This document shows positions 28,822 through 37,749 of a stretch of DNA of 64,000 bases, in pieces; within the stretch, counting starts at the first letter, position 1; every line of letters begins with the position of its first letter. The notes under the pieces were generated by a model. The model was not told the origin of the DNA. It ran no database searches and worked only from the letters and a program-made list of their open reading frames with translations. Origin of the DNA: an uncultured Candidatus Sumerlaeota bacterium (GTDB lineage Bacteria; CAYMEV01). Made by a program: the position numbers and the translations under genes. The DNA lies in assembly GCA_964389675.1 (NCBI GenBank), contig CAYMEV010000013.1, positions 1-64,000 of the forward strand, given 5' to 3'.

Positions 28822-29292
28822 TTAACTATTTTTTAGTATGCTGTTTAATGCTTCGAGAAGCAGTATCGGTATAAGAATCCCAAACAGGAATCCTCCGGCG
28901 AACCTGATGTACCTGTTAAAATCGATGGAGAAAAACTTCAGCATAATCTGAATTATAAACGGAAAAAGCAAAAATAAAAGATATTTTTTTGATCTGATAA
29001 AACTAAATTTTATTAGATATACCCAGTAGACTGCAAGGAAACACAATGCACCGGCAAAGATCCCGGCGCATCTTGCACAGACAGGCGTGTAAATGCTGTT
29101 TATCAGAAAACCTCTTTCCGGGTTATTACTGCAGACAGGGCTGAAAAAGGATTTTGAGAATATATACAGGTCAGCATTATCTGAAAAACCCGGAAGATAT
29201 ATAAGAAGATTAAGGGTGAAAAACAGCAGGAATATAAATATATAAGCAGGAAAAAAAGCCTTATGCAGATGACCTGTTGCTATAGGATCTAT
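28822..29292 (-). CDS. DUF2085-like membrane protein; apparently starts at a non-canonical codon (ATA at 29292 or 29283)
   Basis: The frame is open well upstream of the listed TTG and encodes FSPVCSNNPERGF...PVCARCAGIFAG. There is no in-frame ATG/GTG/TTG upstream of these motifs. Confidence 0.7.
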   Translation of the reverse strand: MDPIATGHLHKAFFPAYIFIFLLFFTLNLLIYLPGFSDNADLYIFSKSFFSPVCSNNPERGFLINSIYTPVCARCAGIFAGALCFLAVYWVYLIKFSFIRSKKYLLFLLFPFIIQIMLKFFSIDFNRYIRFAGGFLFGILIPILLLEALNSILKNS

Positions 29293-29714
29293 TCTCCCAT
29301 TATTTTGATAATAATATGCCTGTCCCGGCTCCTGTTGTCAAAATCGATCATGACTATCTGCTGCCATGTCCCCAGCATAAGGCTGTTTGCAGATACCGGT
29401 ACAGAGAGAGAGGCTTTAAAAAAGCTTGCGCGGACATGAGAGAAGCCATTTCCGTCACCCCATCTCGAATTATGCTCATATGCTATATTCTGGGGAATCA
29501 GCTTTTCGACAAATTTCTGAAGGTCCCTTATTACACCTGTTTCATTTTCAATTGTTGTTATTGCTGCTGTTGACCCGGGTATAAAGATAAGGCATATTCC
29601 TTCATTGATACCGCTTTCTTTCAGTGCTGATGAGACATCAGGAGTTATATCAGCTATATCACAGAATCCTTTGGTCTTCTTAAAAATATCTTTCTGGTAT
29701 ATCATAAATTTCAT
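29289..29714 (-). CDS. yjbQ: YjbQ/UPF0047 family protein
   Basis: GSTAAITTIE, YEHN..WGDGNGFSH, LGTWQQI...DFD. Confidence 0.92.
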   Translation of the reverse strand: MKFMIYQKDIFKKTKGFCDIADITPDVSSALKESGINEGICLIFIPGSTAAITTIENETGVIRDLQKFVEKLIPQNIAYEHNSRWGDGNGFSHVRASFFKASLSVPVSANSLMLGTWQQIVMIDFDNRSRDRHIIIKIMGE

Positions 29715-30892
29715 TCTCTCTTAAGATCATAGAGCAAATTGTCTTTATTATAGATGAATAATGGTCTGCTGCCATAATTTAAAAGACTGCCCTCAATATA
29801 ACCTTTGCTTGCAAGTTCTTCAAGTATATCAGGATAGGTATTATTTATAAGATAATATAATCTCAGGGATTCCCGGACATAATTCTCTTTTATCCCAGTT
29901 TCAATGCTTTTAATCCCTTTATTTTCTAAGGATGATGATATGTTTCCGGACAGGTTCATGCCGGATGAAATAAAAAATATGCTGATAAACACGGTTATTA
30001 TAAGATAGGCTATGACAGGAATGGCTTCCTTAAGCGAAAAGCCTGGCTTCATATGGGCCTGGATGATCTTTATTGGCTCTTCAAGTTCTGGCCTTATTAC
30101 TATGTCTGATTTCTCAATAAGGTACATTTTTTCAAGTTCAACTATTGCTTTGCAGGTCTCAAACTCATTATATGGACTGGTCTCTATTATTGCATTAATG
30201 TCCTTTGAACCGTCTATCAGGTCATAGATCTTTGATTGACGGGGGTCGAGGTTTTTAAGCCTTGCATCATCATCGGGCGCATCCATTTCATTTATGATAT
30301 CATCCGTATCAACAAGGTATTTTTCTGATACCTTTTCAAGCTTGTCCTTTTCGACCATAACCTTCTTGAATACTATATCATATGTCGGGATCACCTGCTC
30401 TATAAGGGGCCATTCATCCAGCATCCTGATGCCTTCCATAAGGATCTTTTCAGCTGGTGTCGGTTCTATGAAATCCCGGTTATAGTCAACAGCATTCTTG
30501 GTATAGAACTCATATTCCCCGCTTTTCCACCGGAACATCCTGTAGATTATCTGCAGTATCTGTTTCTGAAGTGCTTCTTTAAGCTCAGGAAGGGTTATCA
30601 TATCATTCTCAATCAGAACATAACCAAGCTGCTGAAGAGTTTCCTTCTGAATTGCAAGCGCTCTTGCCAGCTGTTCCCTGGTTATCTTCCCTGATCTTAC
30701 AAGAAGCTGTCCTATCCTGTCTTCAATCTTTTTCAGCCTTGAATCAGCACCCACTATCATGCCCTTATCGAACAGAATCTTTATTTCATCAAGCTCATCC
30801 CTCAGTACAAGAATCCCGATCTTTTTCTGGAGGCCTATAAGCTGAAATATATCAGCAAGTGAAAAGTCTTTCAATGATCCCTGTAAAGGCAT
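29711..30892 (-). CDS. DUF4388 (PatA-N-like) domain membrane protein with an MshEN-like insert
   Basis: LQGSLKDFSLADIFQLI, RIGQLLV..G.IT.EQL..AL..Q, W..G.YEF, LMEG.R..DEW; C-terminal TM helix. Confidence 0.8.
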   Translation of the reverse strand: MPLQGSLKDFSLADIFQLIGLQKKIGILVLRDELDEIKILFDKGMIVGADSRLKKIEDRIGQLLVRSGKITREQLARALAIQKETLQQLGYVLIENDMITLPELKEALQKQILQIIYRMFRWKSGEYEFYTKNAVDYNRDFIEPTPAEKILMEGIRMLDEWPLIEQVIPTYDIVFKKVMVEKDKLEKVSEKYLVDTDDIINEMDAPDDDARLKNLDPRQSKIYDLIDGSKDINAIIETSPYNEFETCKAIVELEKMYLIEKSDIVIRPELEEPIKIIQAHMKPGFSLKEAIPVIAYLIITVFISIFFISSGMNLSGNISSSLENKGIKSIETGIKENYVRESLRLYYLINNTYPDILEELASKGYIEGSLLNYGSRPLFIYNKDNLLYDLKRE

Positions 30893-30895
30893 ATC

Positions 30896-32848
30896 CTATT
30901 TCTCCGAGTGGTATTTTTGTGATAGCTTATCCATGGATTTAATGCTATTGAATAATATAATTAGCATAATAAAACCCAAAAAGATCTTCCCAAGCATGTA
31001 ATCAGTAACAAAAGGAAGTTTATAGCCTGGAAATATTGGGACAATGCCAAATAGAAGAATAAATACTGAAATATAGAAAAAGATAAGAAAGAACCCCTTA
31101 AATACTTTATCAAAAAGAATATAGCCTCCTCCAAGGGTAAGAACAGTCAATAACCTTGAAAGCAGGAGCTTGTTCTTTTTATATTTATCAATATTTATGA
31201 TCTTCTCAACCCTGACTTTTGGGTGTATGCCCTTCTTGATGATAAATACCTGATGACAGCTTGGGCACATTGTTTCGGAAAAGAATTTTGTCGAACATCT
31301 GCTGCAGAATATTTTGCCGCATCTTCTGCACTTAAATGCAAGGTCCATCCTTATCCTGAAAAGATTGACAATCAGTATGAAAACTAATGACAGGGTGCCT
31401 ATATATGGCATCTGATCAGGGTTCATGCCAAAAACAGAAATATGTACAGCTCTATCCTGTTTCTGCATTTCAGACTGCATATGCTCAAATAAAAGCTCTG
31501 CAGGAAGCCCCGTGCTTATAATTAGGTTGATATGCTTGTGGGAGATCTTCTGATACAGGTCTACCAGGTCAGGAGAATACTCCTTCGTCAGATCAAAGTA
31601 TTTGTGGGTATCCTGTGAAAAAGTAAGCTTCTCCAGGGACATCTGCGCAAGGTTGAATGATGCTAAGCCCTGCAGCTCAGATTTATCCGTCACCTTTTCA
31701 TAATAGGACTGCGCTTTGTAATAATCATTCAGGATATAATAGAGGTTTCCTATATTTATGTACAGCTCCGGGAAGGTCCTCTTCTGTTCAATTGCATTAT
31801 ACAGAGTGAGGGCAGGAAATATCTTGCCCTTCCTGCTGTAATAATTTGCAAGTGTAAAATTAACAGCAGTATTGTCATTATGCTTTTTCTGGTATTCTTC
31901 AAGTATAAGAACTGAATAAGGGTCATACTCTATTGAATAGCTGTTTATAAGTGCCTTTGTTATATCTGATTCCGATAATAGAGCATATTTGCTGAAGTAG
32001 TCGAAAGTAAGTATGGATAATATAAGGCTGAAAAAACATAATATGATGATGGCCCTTTCAAAATTATTTGTGTAGACGAATATTAGAGCTGTAAGAAATA
32101 TCATTGAGGGTATCATTCCTGCATAAAACCAGAAAGCGGTTATACCTATCGCGGCAAGAATGAAAAACCTGCTGACCGGTGTAATATGAAGGATTTCATG
32201 AGCTTCGTGCACAAGGAGAGGAATATACTTGATCAGAAGAATGATAAAGAAGATGAAGCCTGATAAAAAGGCAGCAAAATGTATATAATATATCAGTGAT
32301 GGTATATATATGCTTATATCATCAACCAGCGCAAAATTTGCAAGCAGTCCCTTGATATAATAATAGATCGCAGGGATAAAATAGATAATGCTTTTTTTCA
32401 GTGTAATTTTTGATTTAAGAGTATGTGCCTCAGCTGAGTATGGGTCTACTACAAGGATCTTGTCAATGTTTTCATCCAGGTGATTTATCTCATCCCTGGA
32501 AAGGTTGCTGTTTATGATAAATTTAGAGATATGATAGCAGAGAGCTTTGGAAAAATCCGGTATCCTGTTCAATCCCTTTTTCAGCTTGAGCATAATAAGG
32601 TCATTGAGAAAATCCGAGAGGTCAAAGTTCTCGCTTCCGTATGTTGATGACCACAGGCTGTCAATGCTGGAGGCATAGAGCCTCTTCTCCGCGAAAGCGG
32701 CATCTTCGTACTGCTCTAAATCCTTTGTTCTGGTAAATAAAGGACTCAGGTCAAGTGTAGGGATTGAGTCCTGAGCTATACCCATTAGTGAGAAAATCAA
32801 TATAGCAAAGGATAAAAGTAAAAATCTATTTCTTAATGGTTTGAACAT
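30896..32848 (-). CDS. Polytopic membrane protein with TPRs and a Cys-rich Zn-finger
   Basis: Signal peptide, TM bundle, TPRs (YINIGNLYY), CRRC...CSRC...CPSC. Confidence 0.7.
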   Translation of the reverse strand: MFKPLRNRFLLLSFAILIFSLMGIAQDSIPTLDLSPLFTRTKDLEQYEDAAFAEKRLYASSIDSLWSSTYGSENFDLSDFLNDLIMLKLKKGLNRIPDFSKALCYHISKFIINSNLSRDEINHLDENIDKILVVDPYSAEAHTLKSKITLKKSIIYFIPAIYYYIKGLLANFALVDDISIYIPSLIYYIHFAAFLSGFIFFIILLIKYIPLLVHEAHEILHITPVSRFFILAAIGITAFWFYAGMIPSMIFLTALIFVYTNNFERAIIILCFFSLILSILTFDYFSKYALLSESDITKALINSYSIEYDPYSVLILEEYQKKHNDNTAVNFTLANYYSRKGKIFPALTLYNAIEQKRTFPELYINIGNLYYILNDYYKAQSYYEKVTDKSELQGLASFNLAQMSLEKLTFSQDTHKYFDLTKEYSPDLVDLYQKISHKHINLIISTGLPAELLFEHMQSEMQKQDRAVHISVFGMNPDQMPYIGTLSLVFILIVNLFRIRMDLAFKCRRCGKIFCSRCSTKFFSETMCPSCHQVFIIKKGIHPKVRVEKIINIDKYKKNKLLLSRLLTVLTLGGGYILFDKVFKGFFLIFFYISVFILLFGIVPIFPGYKLPFVTDYMLGKIFLGFIMLIILFNSIKSMDKLSQKYHSEK

Positions 32849-33221
32849 ATTTCATTCTTAGGTCATATAGAATGTCACCGAGTATCTTCTCCTCATTTTC
32901 ATCAAGATTGCCCTTTGTTTTCTTCTGAATCAGCTCCATCAGATCTATGATGTATTTGGCAGAAGGAATATCCTTTTCAATCTTCTTTGTTACAGGGTTT
33001 TCTATTAATCCGAGAGAAAAAAACGCCTGAGTTGCAAGAGAAAGAATATACCTGTCAAATGATACCTCATAGGCTTCTTCTTTAGGGGGCTGTTCACTTT
33101 TTTTCTTTTCTTCTTCAGCCTGTTCTTTTTTATCAGGTTTATCTGCGGGTTTATCTCCGGTTTCTTCAGAATTGGCTTTTCTTTTATCTACTATCTTGAA
33201 TTCCTCTTCAGTTCTGCCCAT
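32826..33221 (-). CDS. DUF1844 domain protein
   Basis: FKIVDKR, LG.IENP, AKY.ID.....KKTKGNL..E...L...LYDLRMKYV; GGAGG RBS before MGRT. Confidence 0.85.
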   Translation of the reverse strand: MGRTEEEFKIVDKRKANSEETGDKPADKPDKKEQAEEEKKKSEQPPKEEAYEVSFDRYILSLATQAFFSLGLIENPVTKKIEKDIPSAKYIIDLMELIQKKTKGNLDENEEKILGDILYDLRMKYVQTIKK

Positions 33222-33430
33222 AAAAACCTCCATTACCAATTAAGATTTACTTTTGTCTTCAAAGTGAGATTAAATCATAACAGCTATAATATCCCACAAT
33301 TACAAATACTAATAATATTTTATTAATACGACGCGGTCAAGTAAAAGTATAAAAAAATCTTAGCTTTACAAATCTGGCATAAATGGTAGATTATTGGATA
33401 ATAATTATTCATGCAAAAATGAGGTGATTT

Positions 33431-34657
33431 ATGATAACACTTATTTATAACCCAAAACAGATAGCCACTCCTTTTGATATCTATCCGGCAAGGGGTTCAG
33501 GCCTCTCAAGGCTGAGGATAATAGAGGACTGCCATATACTGATAGAAAATGACAGGATAAAGAGCTTTATAAAAAAGAATGAAAGCCTTCCCCCTGTGAT
33601 TGACAGCTTTATAAACTGTACCGGAAAAACGGTAATTCCAGGCTTGATAGATTCGCATACCCATCTTGTCTGGGGAGGGTACAGGGAAGATGAATTTGAA
33701 ATGAGGGCAACCGGGGTCCCATATGAACAGATAGCAAGATCGGGAGGAGGTATTGCAAACACTGTCAGAAAAACAAGGAAAGCAAGTTTTGAGGATCTGC
33801 TTAAAGATTCCGCAAAGAGGATGGAGAGGGTCATCAGGAACGGCACGACATCCATTGAGATAAAAAGCGGATACGGGCTGAGTTTTGAAGATGAGGTAAA
33901 GATGCTTAATGTTATAAAACAGCTTAAGAAGCATTTTCCGGCAACAATCAGGGCTACATTCCTTGGAGCCCACGATATACCCGTGGAATACAGGAAGGAC
34001 AGAGAAGGATATATCAGGAAAATTATGGATGAAATGCTTCCATATGTTCAGGAGAATGAGCTCGCAGACTTTGTGGATGTGTTCTGTGATACAATTGCAT
34101 TCTCCTATGATGAAACTGAAAGGATTATCAGGAGAGCGGCAGAACTTGGGCTGAAAATAAGGCTTCATGCGGATGAGATTGATAATACGATGGGTGCTGA
34201 ACTGGCAGTCAGATACGGAGCAAAAAGCGCAGACCACCTTATAAAGATTTCAGATAGCGGGATAAAAGCTGTTTCAGGTTCAGATACGGCTGCTGCACTT
34301 CTGCCTGGAACCTCATTTTATCTGAAAAAGCCCTTTGCCCCTGCAAGGAAGCTTATTGAAGAAAACTGTATCGTGACCATATCCACTGACCTGAATCCTG
34401 GAAGCAGTGTACTGGAGAGGATGCCGATGGCAATGTTCCTTGGAGTATGGGGATATGGCATGAATATAAATGAGGTTTATAATGCTGCAACTGTCAATGC
34501 CGCCTACTCACTGGATATATCACCGGAAAGGGGATGCATTGATGAGGGCAAGAAGGCTGACCTTCTTATTCTGGACTGTGACAACTACAAGCATCTGATA
34601 TACAACTACTCAGCCAATCTTGTCGAAAAGGTCATGATAAACGGAGTATTATTCTAA
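33431..34657 (+). CDS. hutI: Imidazolonepropionase
   Basis: PGLIDSHTH, GGGI..TV, EIKSGYGL, DVFC, HADE, SADHL, STDLNPG. Confidence 0.95.
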   Translation: MITLIYNPKQIATPFDIYPARGSGLSRLRIIEDCHILIENDRIKSFIKKNESLPPVIDSFINCTGKTVIPGLIDSHTHLVWGGYREDEFEMRATGVPYEQIARSGGGIANTVRKTRKASFEDLLKDSAKRMERVIRNGTTSIEIKSGYGLSFEDEVKMLNVIKQLKKHFPATIRATFLGAHDIPVEYRKDREGYIRKIMDEMLPYVQENELADFVDVFCDTIAFSYDETERIIRRAAELGLKIRLHADEIDNTMGAELAVRYGAKSADHLIKISDSGIKAVSGSDTAAALLPGTSFYLKKPFAPARKLIEENCIVTISTDLNPGSSVLERMPMAMFLGVWGYGMNINEVYNAATVNAAYSLDISPERGCIDEGKKADLLILDCDNYKHLIYNYSANLVEKVMINGVLF

Positions 34658-34690
34658 CCCAAGATCCAGCAAAGGTTGTCAGCAGAAGGA

Positions 34691-35026
34691 TCAGTTTCTC
34701 AGATACCTGATCCCTTCCGGGGTATAAACCTCATAGTAATTGTTCCAAAGCCTTGATGAAATAAATACCGGATTGGAAAACAGTGAATCAAACTGGGTTT
34801 CCATAAGGTATTTTTTATGTATATATACGATAAAGACATCATCAGGCCCCGGCGAGATATACAGCTTAAATGATTTATCAGTTTCAGAAACAGCTGCTAC
34901 TGAGCCGTAAAAGCAGCATTTATCCAGGGGCTGAAGACACCTGTCATAGGTAAATATTATACCTGCTGTGGACAGAAATACAGGGAAAAAGGCAATTATG
35001 ACAAGAATTGCTAATTTTCTTTCCAA
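34691..35026 (-). CDS. Small exported protein, possibly OB-fold-like
   Basis: Hydrophobic N-terminus, beta-rich body; overlaps the end of the PLD gene. Confidence 0.45.
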   Translation of the reverse strand: MERKLAILVIIAFFPVFLSTAGIIFTYDRCLQPLDKCCFYGSVAAVSETDKSFKLYISPGPDDVFIVYIHKKYLMETQFDSLFSNPVFISSRLWNNYYEVYTPEGIRYLRN

Positions 35027-35541
35027 AGCCTTTCAAATTCCTCCATGTATTCCTCGATCACATGACAGGACTTCAGAATAAGTATATTCTCATAATTCTT
35101 TGCTATTGCTGAGGCTGTCCAGTTAAGGGAACCTGTTATGAGTATTTTGCCGTCAATAATTGCAAACTTATTGTGCATTATCCCATCCCAGTCATTGGGG
35201 TTTTCAGCTTTCAGACCTGTAACTGTTTTTACTTTGATACCGTTAGCCATCAGGAAACCGCCCTTTGCATACTGGTTGTTCTCATTGCTTTTATGATCCA
35301 GTATTACCCTTATATTAACCCCTCTCTTCTTTGCATTGATCAGTGAATATGCCAGTTTGCGGTTTGTGAATGTATACATGCAGACAGATATGCTTTCTTC
35401 AGCATTGTCCAGCTCATCTATTACAGATTCCAGAAGCTCCAGGGAGGGTGAGAAAAAAGCCCTTATTTCACATGAATGGGAAGAATAACAGGATATTATT
35501 AAAATCAGAAGAAAAATTATAGATATCTTACTATTCTCCAT
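35011..35541 (-). CDS. Exported single-HKD phospholipase D family nuclease (Nuc-like)
   Basis: FSP, MYTFT, MHNKFAIID....TGSLNW, NYEN; start moved to MENSK. Confidence 0.88.
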   Translation of the reverse strand: MENSKISIIFLLILIISCYSSHSCEIRAFFSPSLELLESVIDELDNAEESISVCMYTFTNRKLAYSLINAKKRGVNIRVILDHKSNENNQYAKGGFLMANGIKVKTVTGLKAENPNDWDGIMHNKFAIIDGKILITGSLNWTASAIAKNYENILILKSCHVIEEYMEEFERLWKEN

Positions 35542-35576
35542 TCTAATTAGCTTAGATATATTGCACTGATTGTCAA
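35541..35576 (-). promoter_or_regulatory. Promoter of a putative leaderless transcript
   Basis: TTGACA, 16 nt, TAAGCT, 7 nt, ATG; no SD sequence. Confidence 0.55.
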
Positions 35577-35662
35577 AGATATTTTTCATGGACAAGATTG
35601 TTTTTTTATTTATCATCTGTTTATCATAAATTTTCGCTATCATCTGAAAGGAGGCGCATAAA

Positions 35663-36109
35663 ATGAGAGTCAGAGTAAGTGCAGTTTATGAAAATGACGG
35701 TAAAATACTATGCATGAAGTATATCTACGGAGGGAAAGAAGTGTACGGCATTCCCGGCGGAGGTGTGGATAAGGACGTATCTGTCCTTAATTCGCTCAAT
35801 GACGAGTGGAAGAATGAACTCGGAGTCAAGATAGAAGCAGATGATATAATTTTTGTGGGCGAAGCGCAATCAACGAAGAGGCACCCTCAGACCATACATA
35901 TAGTTTTTTTAGCTACTGAGATACACGGAAACCCTAAAATCAGGCCGGAGAATACCCATTCCATTGAAACAGCCTGGCTTGATATTGATGATATAAAGAA
36001 AAAGTACCTTTATCCCGATATAGGAGAATATCTGTATCAATATTTCAGGGGAAACAGGAAAAAGGCAGTTCCCTTCATACAAAACTGCATGGAAAGGGGT
36101 TTCTTTTAA
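35663..36109 (+). CDS. Nudix-fold protein with a degenerate Nudix box
   Basis: RVRVSAV...KIL, IPGGGVD...EWKNELG; AAGGAGG RBS. Confidence 0.75.
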   Translation: MRVRVSAVYENDGKILCMKYIYGGKEVYGIPGGGVDKDVSVLNSLNDEWKNELGVKIEADDIIFVGEAQSTKRHPQTIHIVFLATEIHGNPKIRPENTHSIETAWLDIDDIKKKYLYPDIGEYLYQYFRGNRKKAVPFIQNCMERGFF

Positions 36110-36144
36110 TATGAGAATAATAATCAAAGGAGGAAAATATAAAA

Positions 36145-37593
36145 ATGTGTCAAATCTGCTCACTTAAACCAGAAAGGCTATGGTTTTATTTTAATGAAAT
36201 ATCAAAGATCCCAAGAACATCTCTTGATGAAAAGAGGGTAATTGACTATATTGCAGAGGTCGCTGAAGGTCTGCAACTCGAGAACAAGATAGATTCTGTA
36301 AATAATCTTATAGTTTATAAGAAGGCTTCCAAAGAAAGCAGAAGCGGAAAGATCCTTACTCTTCAGAGCCATGTTGATATGGTTGGAGTAAAAAACTCAG
36401 ATTCAAAGCATGATTTCAGCAGTGACCCGATCGATATATTTTACGAGGATGGATATGTAAAGGCAAAAGGTACTACACTTGGAGCTGACAATGGTATTGG
36501 CGTAGCTCTAATGATGGCACTGATGGAAGAGGATTTTGAAAATACTGACCTGGAATTCCTGTTTACAATAAATGAAGAATCAGGTATGACAGGTGCAAGG
36601 AATCTTAAGGAAGATTTTGTCAGGGGAAGAATGCTTCTAAACCTTGATTCTGAAGAATGGGGGTATATATATGTATCATGTGCCGGGGCTTCAGATTCTG
36701 TAATCAGTTTTCCAAAGGGTGAGTATATATCATTCAGCGGGTTTATCCCTGTTGCAGTATCTGTTGATAACCTTCTTGGAGGACATTCAGGAATAGAGAT
36801 CCATTCAGGGAAAAGGAATTCAAACAAACTTCTGGCAAGAATTTTAAGGGCCATATCAAAAGAAACGAAAATATCTGTCTCAGATTTTACAGGAGGGACA
36901 AAAAGAAATGCAATTCCATCATCAGCAAGAGCTGTAATACTGATAAAAGAAGATGCATACAATAAGGCAGAAGAAGTATGCAGGGACTGCCTGAGCATTT
37001 TCAGAACAGAATTCGGAGATATTGAAAAGAACTTCAATATTGATATCACCATACTCGATTCTGAGGGTGTGAAGGGTATGTCCATTGAAAGATCAGATGA
37101 GCTTATCAGGCTTCTTATGGCTCTGCCAAATGGTGTTATTGCAATGAGCCCAAGCATTGAAGGGCTTGTCGAGACATCTACGAACCTTGGAGTCGTTGAA
37201 TCCAGGGAAGATGCTTTCATTATCCGTATGCTGAGCAGGTCATCCATCGATACATCTGTTGATGAGCTTAATGACCGGATCAACATTATATCAGGGCTGT
37301 GCGGTGCAAAAGTTGAGCTTTCACCAGGATATCCGGGCTGGAAACCGAATTTAAAATCCGAACTGCTTAACAGGGCAAAAGAAGCCTATAAATCCATGTA
37401 TGGGAAATATCCTGAAATACAGGCAATACATGCAGGACTTGAAACAGCCATAATAGGCAAGAAATTTGATAATATGGATATGATCTCAATAGGGCCGAAC
37501 CTCTATCATCCTCATTCACCTGATGAAAAGGTCTGCGTTGAGACTGTTGAAAAACTCTTTGATTTTGCGAAAAAAATAATTAATTCACTTTAA
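36145..37593 (+). CDS. pepD: Aminoacyl-histidine dipeptidase (M20C)
   Basis: LQSHVDMV, TTLGADNGIG, EESGMTGA, NLDSEE, GGHSG, IHAGLE, HSPDE. Confidence 0.95.
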   Translation: MCQICSLKPERLWFYFNEISKIPRTSLDEKRVIDYIAEVAEGLQLENKIDSVNNLIVYKKASKESRSGKILTLQSHVDMVGVKNSDSKHDFSSDPIDIFYEDGYVKAKGTTLGADNGIGVALMMALMEEDFENTDLEFLFTINEESGMTGARNLKEDFVRGRMLLNLDSEEWGYIYVSCAGASDSVISFPKGEYISFSGFIPVAVSVDNLLGGHSGIEIHSGKRNSNKLLARILRAISKETKISVSDFTGGTKRNAIPSSARAVILIKEDAYNKAEEVCRDCLSIFRTEFGDIEKNFNIDITILDSEGVKGMSIERSDELIRLLMALPNGVIAMSPSIEGLVETSTNLGVVESREDAFIIRMLSRSSIDTSVDELNDRINIISGLCGAKVELSPGYPGWKPNLKSELLNRAKEAYKSMYGKYPEIQAIHAGLETAIIGKKFDNMDMISIGPNLYHPHSPDEKVCVETVEKLFDFAKKIINSL

Positions 37594-37595
37594 GA

Positions 37596-37648
37596 AAAAG
37601 CATGCACAGGGGCTGTGCGGGATAAAGCCGGCACAGCCCCTGCTTTTC
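37596..37648. terminator. Rho-independent terminator between convergent genes
   Basis: CAGGGGCTGTGC / GCACAGCCCCTG 12-bp stem flanked by A and T tracts. Confidence 0.8.
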
Positions 37649-37749
37649 CCCTTCGATTATGACACAGTAATCAAGTAAGGCCTGGTTTTCCAGCCTTCTT
37701 TCAGTAATTTATATATCCTGTTATGACAGGCCTGTCAGGAATTCATGTT

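Noticed and set aside
33431-34657. hutI without hutH/U/G
   Set aside because: Scattered hut genes are common, and absence cannot be judged from one window.
36441-37286. Long antisense ORFs (e.g. 281 aa opposite pepD, 243 aa opposite hutI, and many shorter ones)
   Set aside because: They lie wholly opposite well-supported genes and have no recognisable motifs; treated as shadow ORFs.
37724-37737. Perfect 14-bp palindrome TGACAGGCCTGTCA
   Set aside because: Single occurrence between convergent gene ends, with no promoter to regulate; could be chance or part of a terminator.
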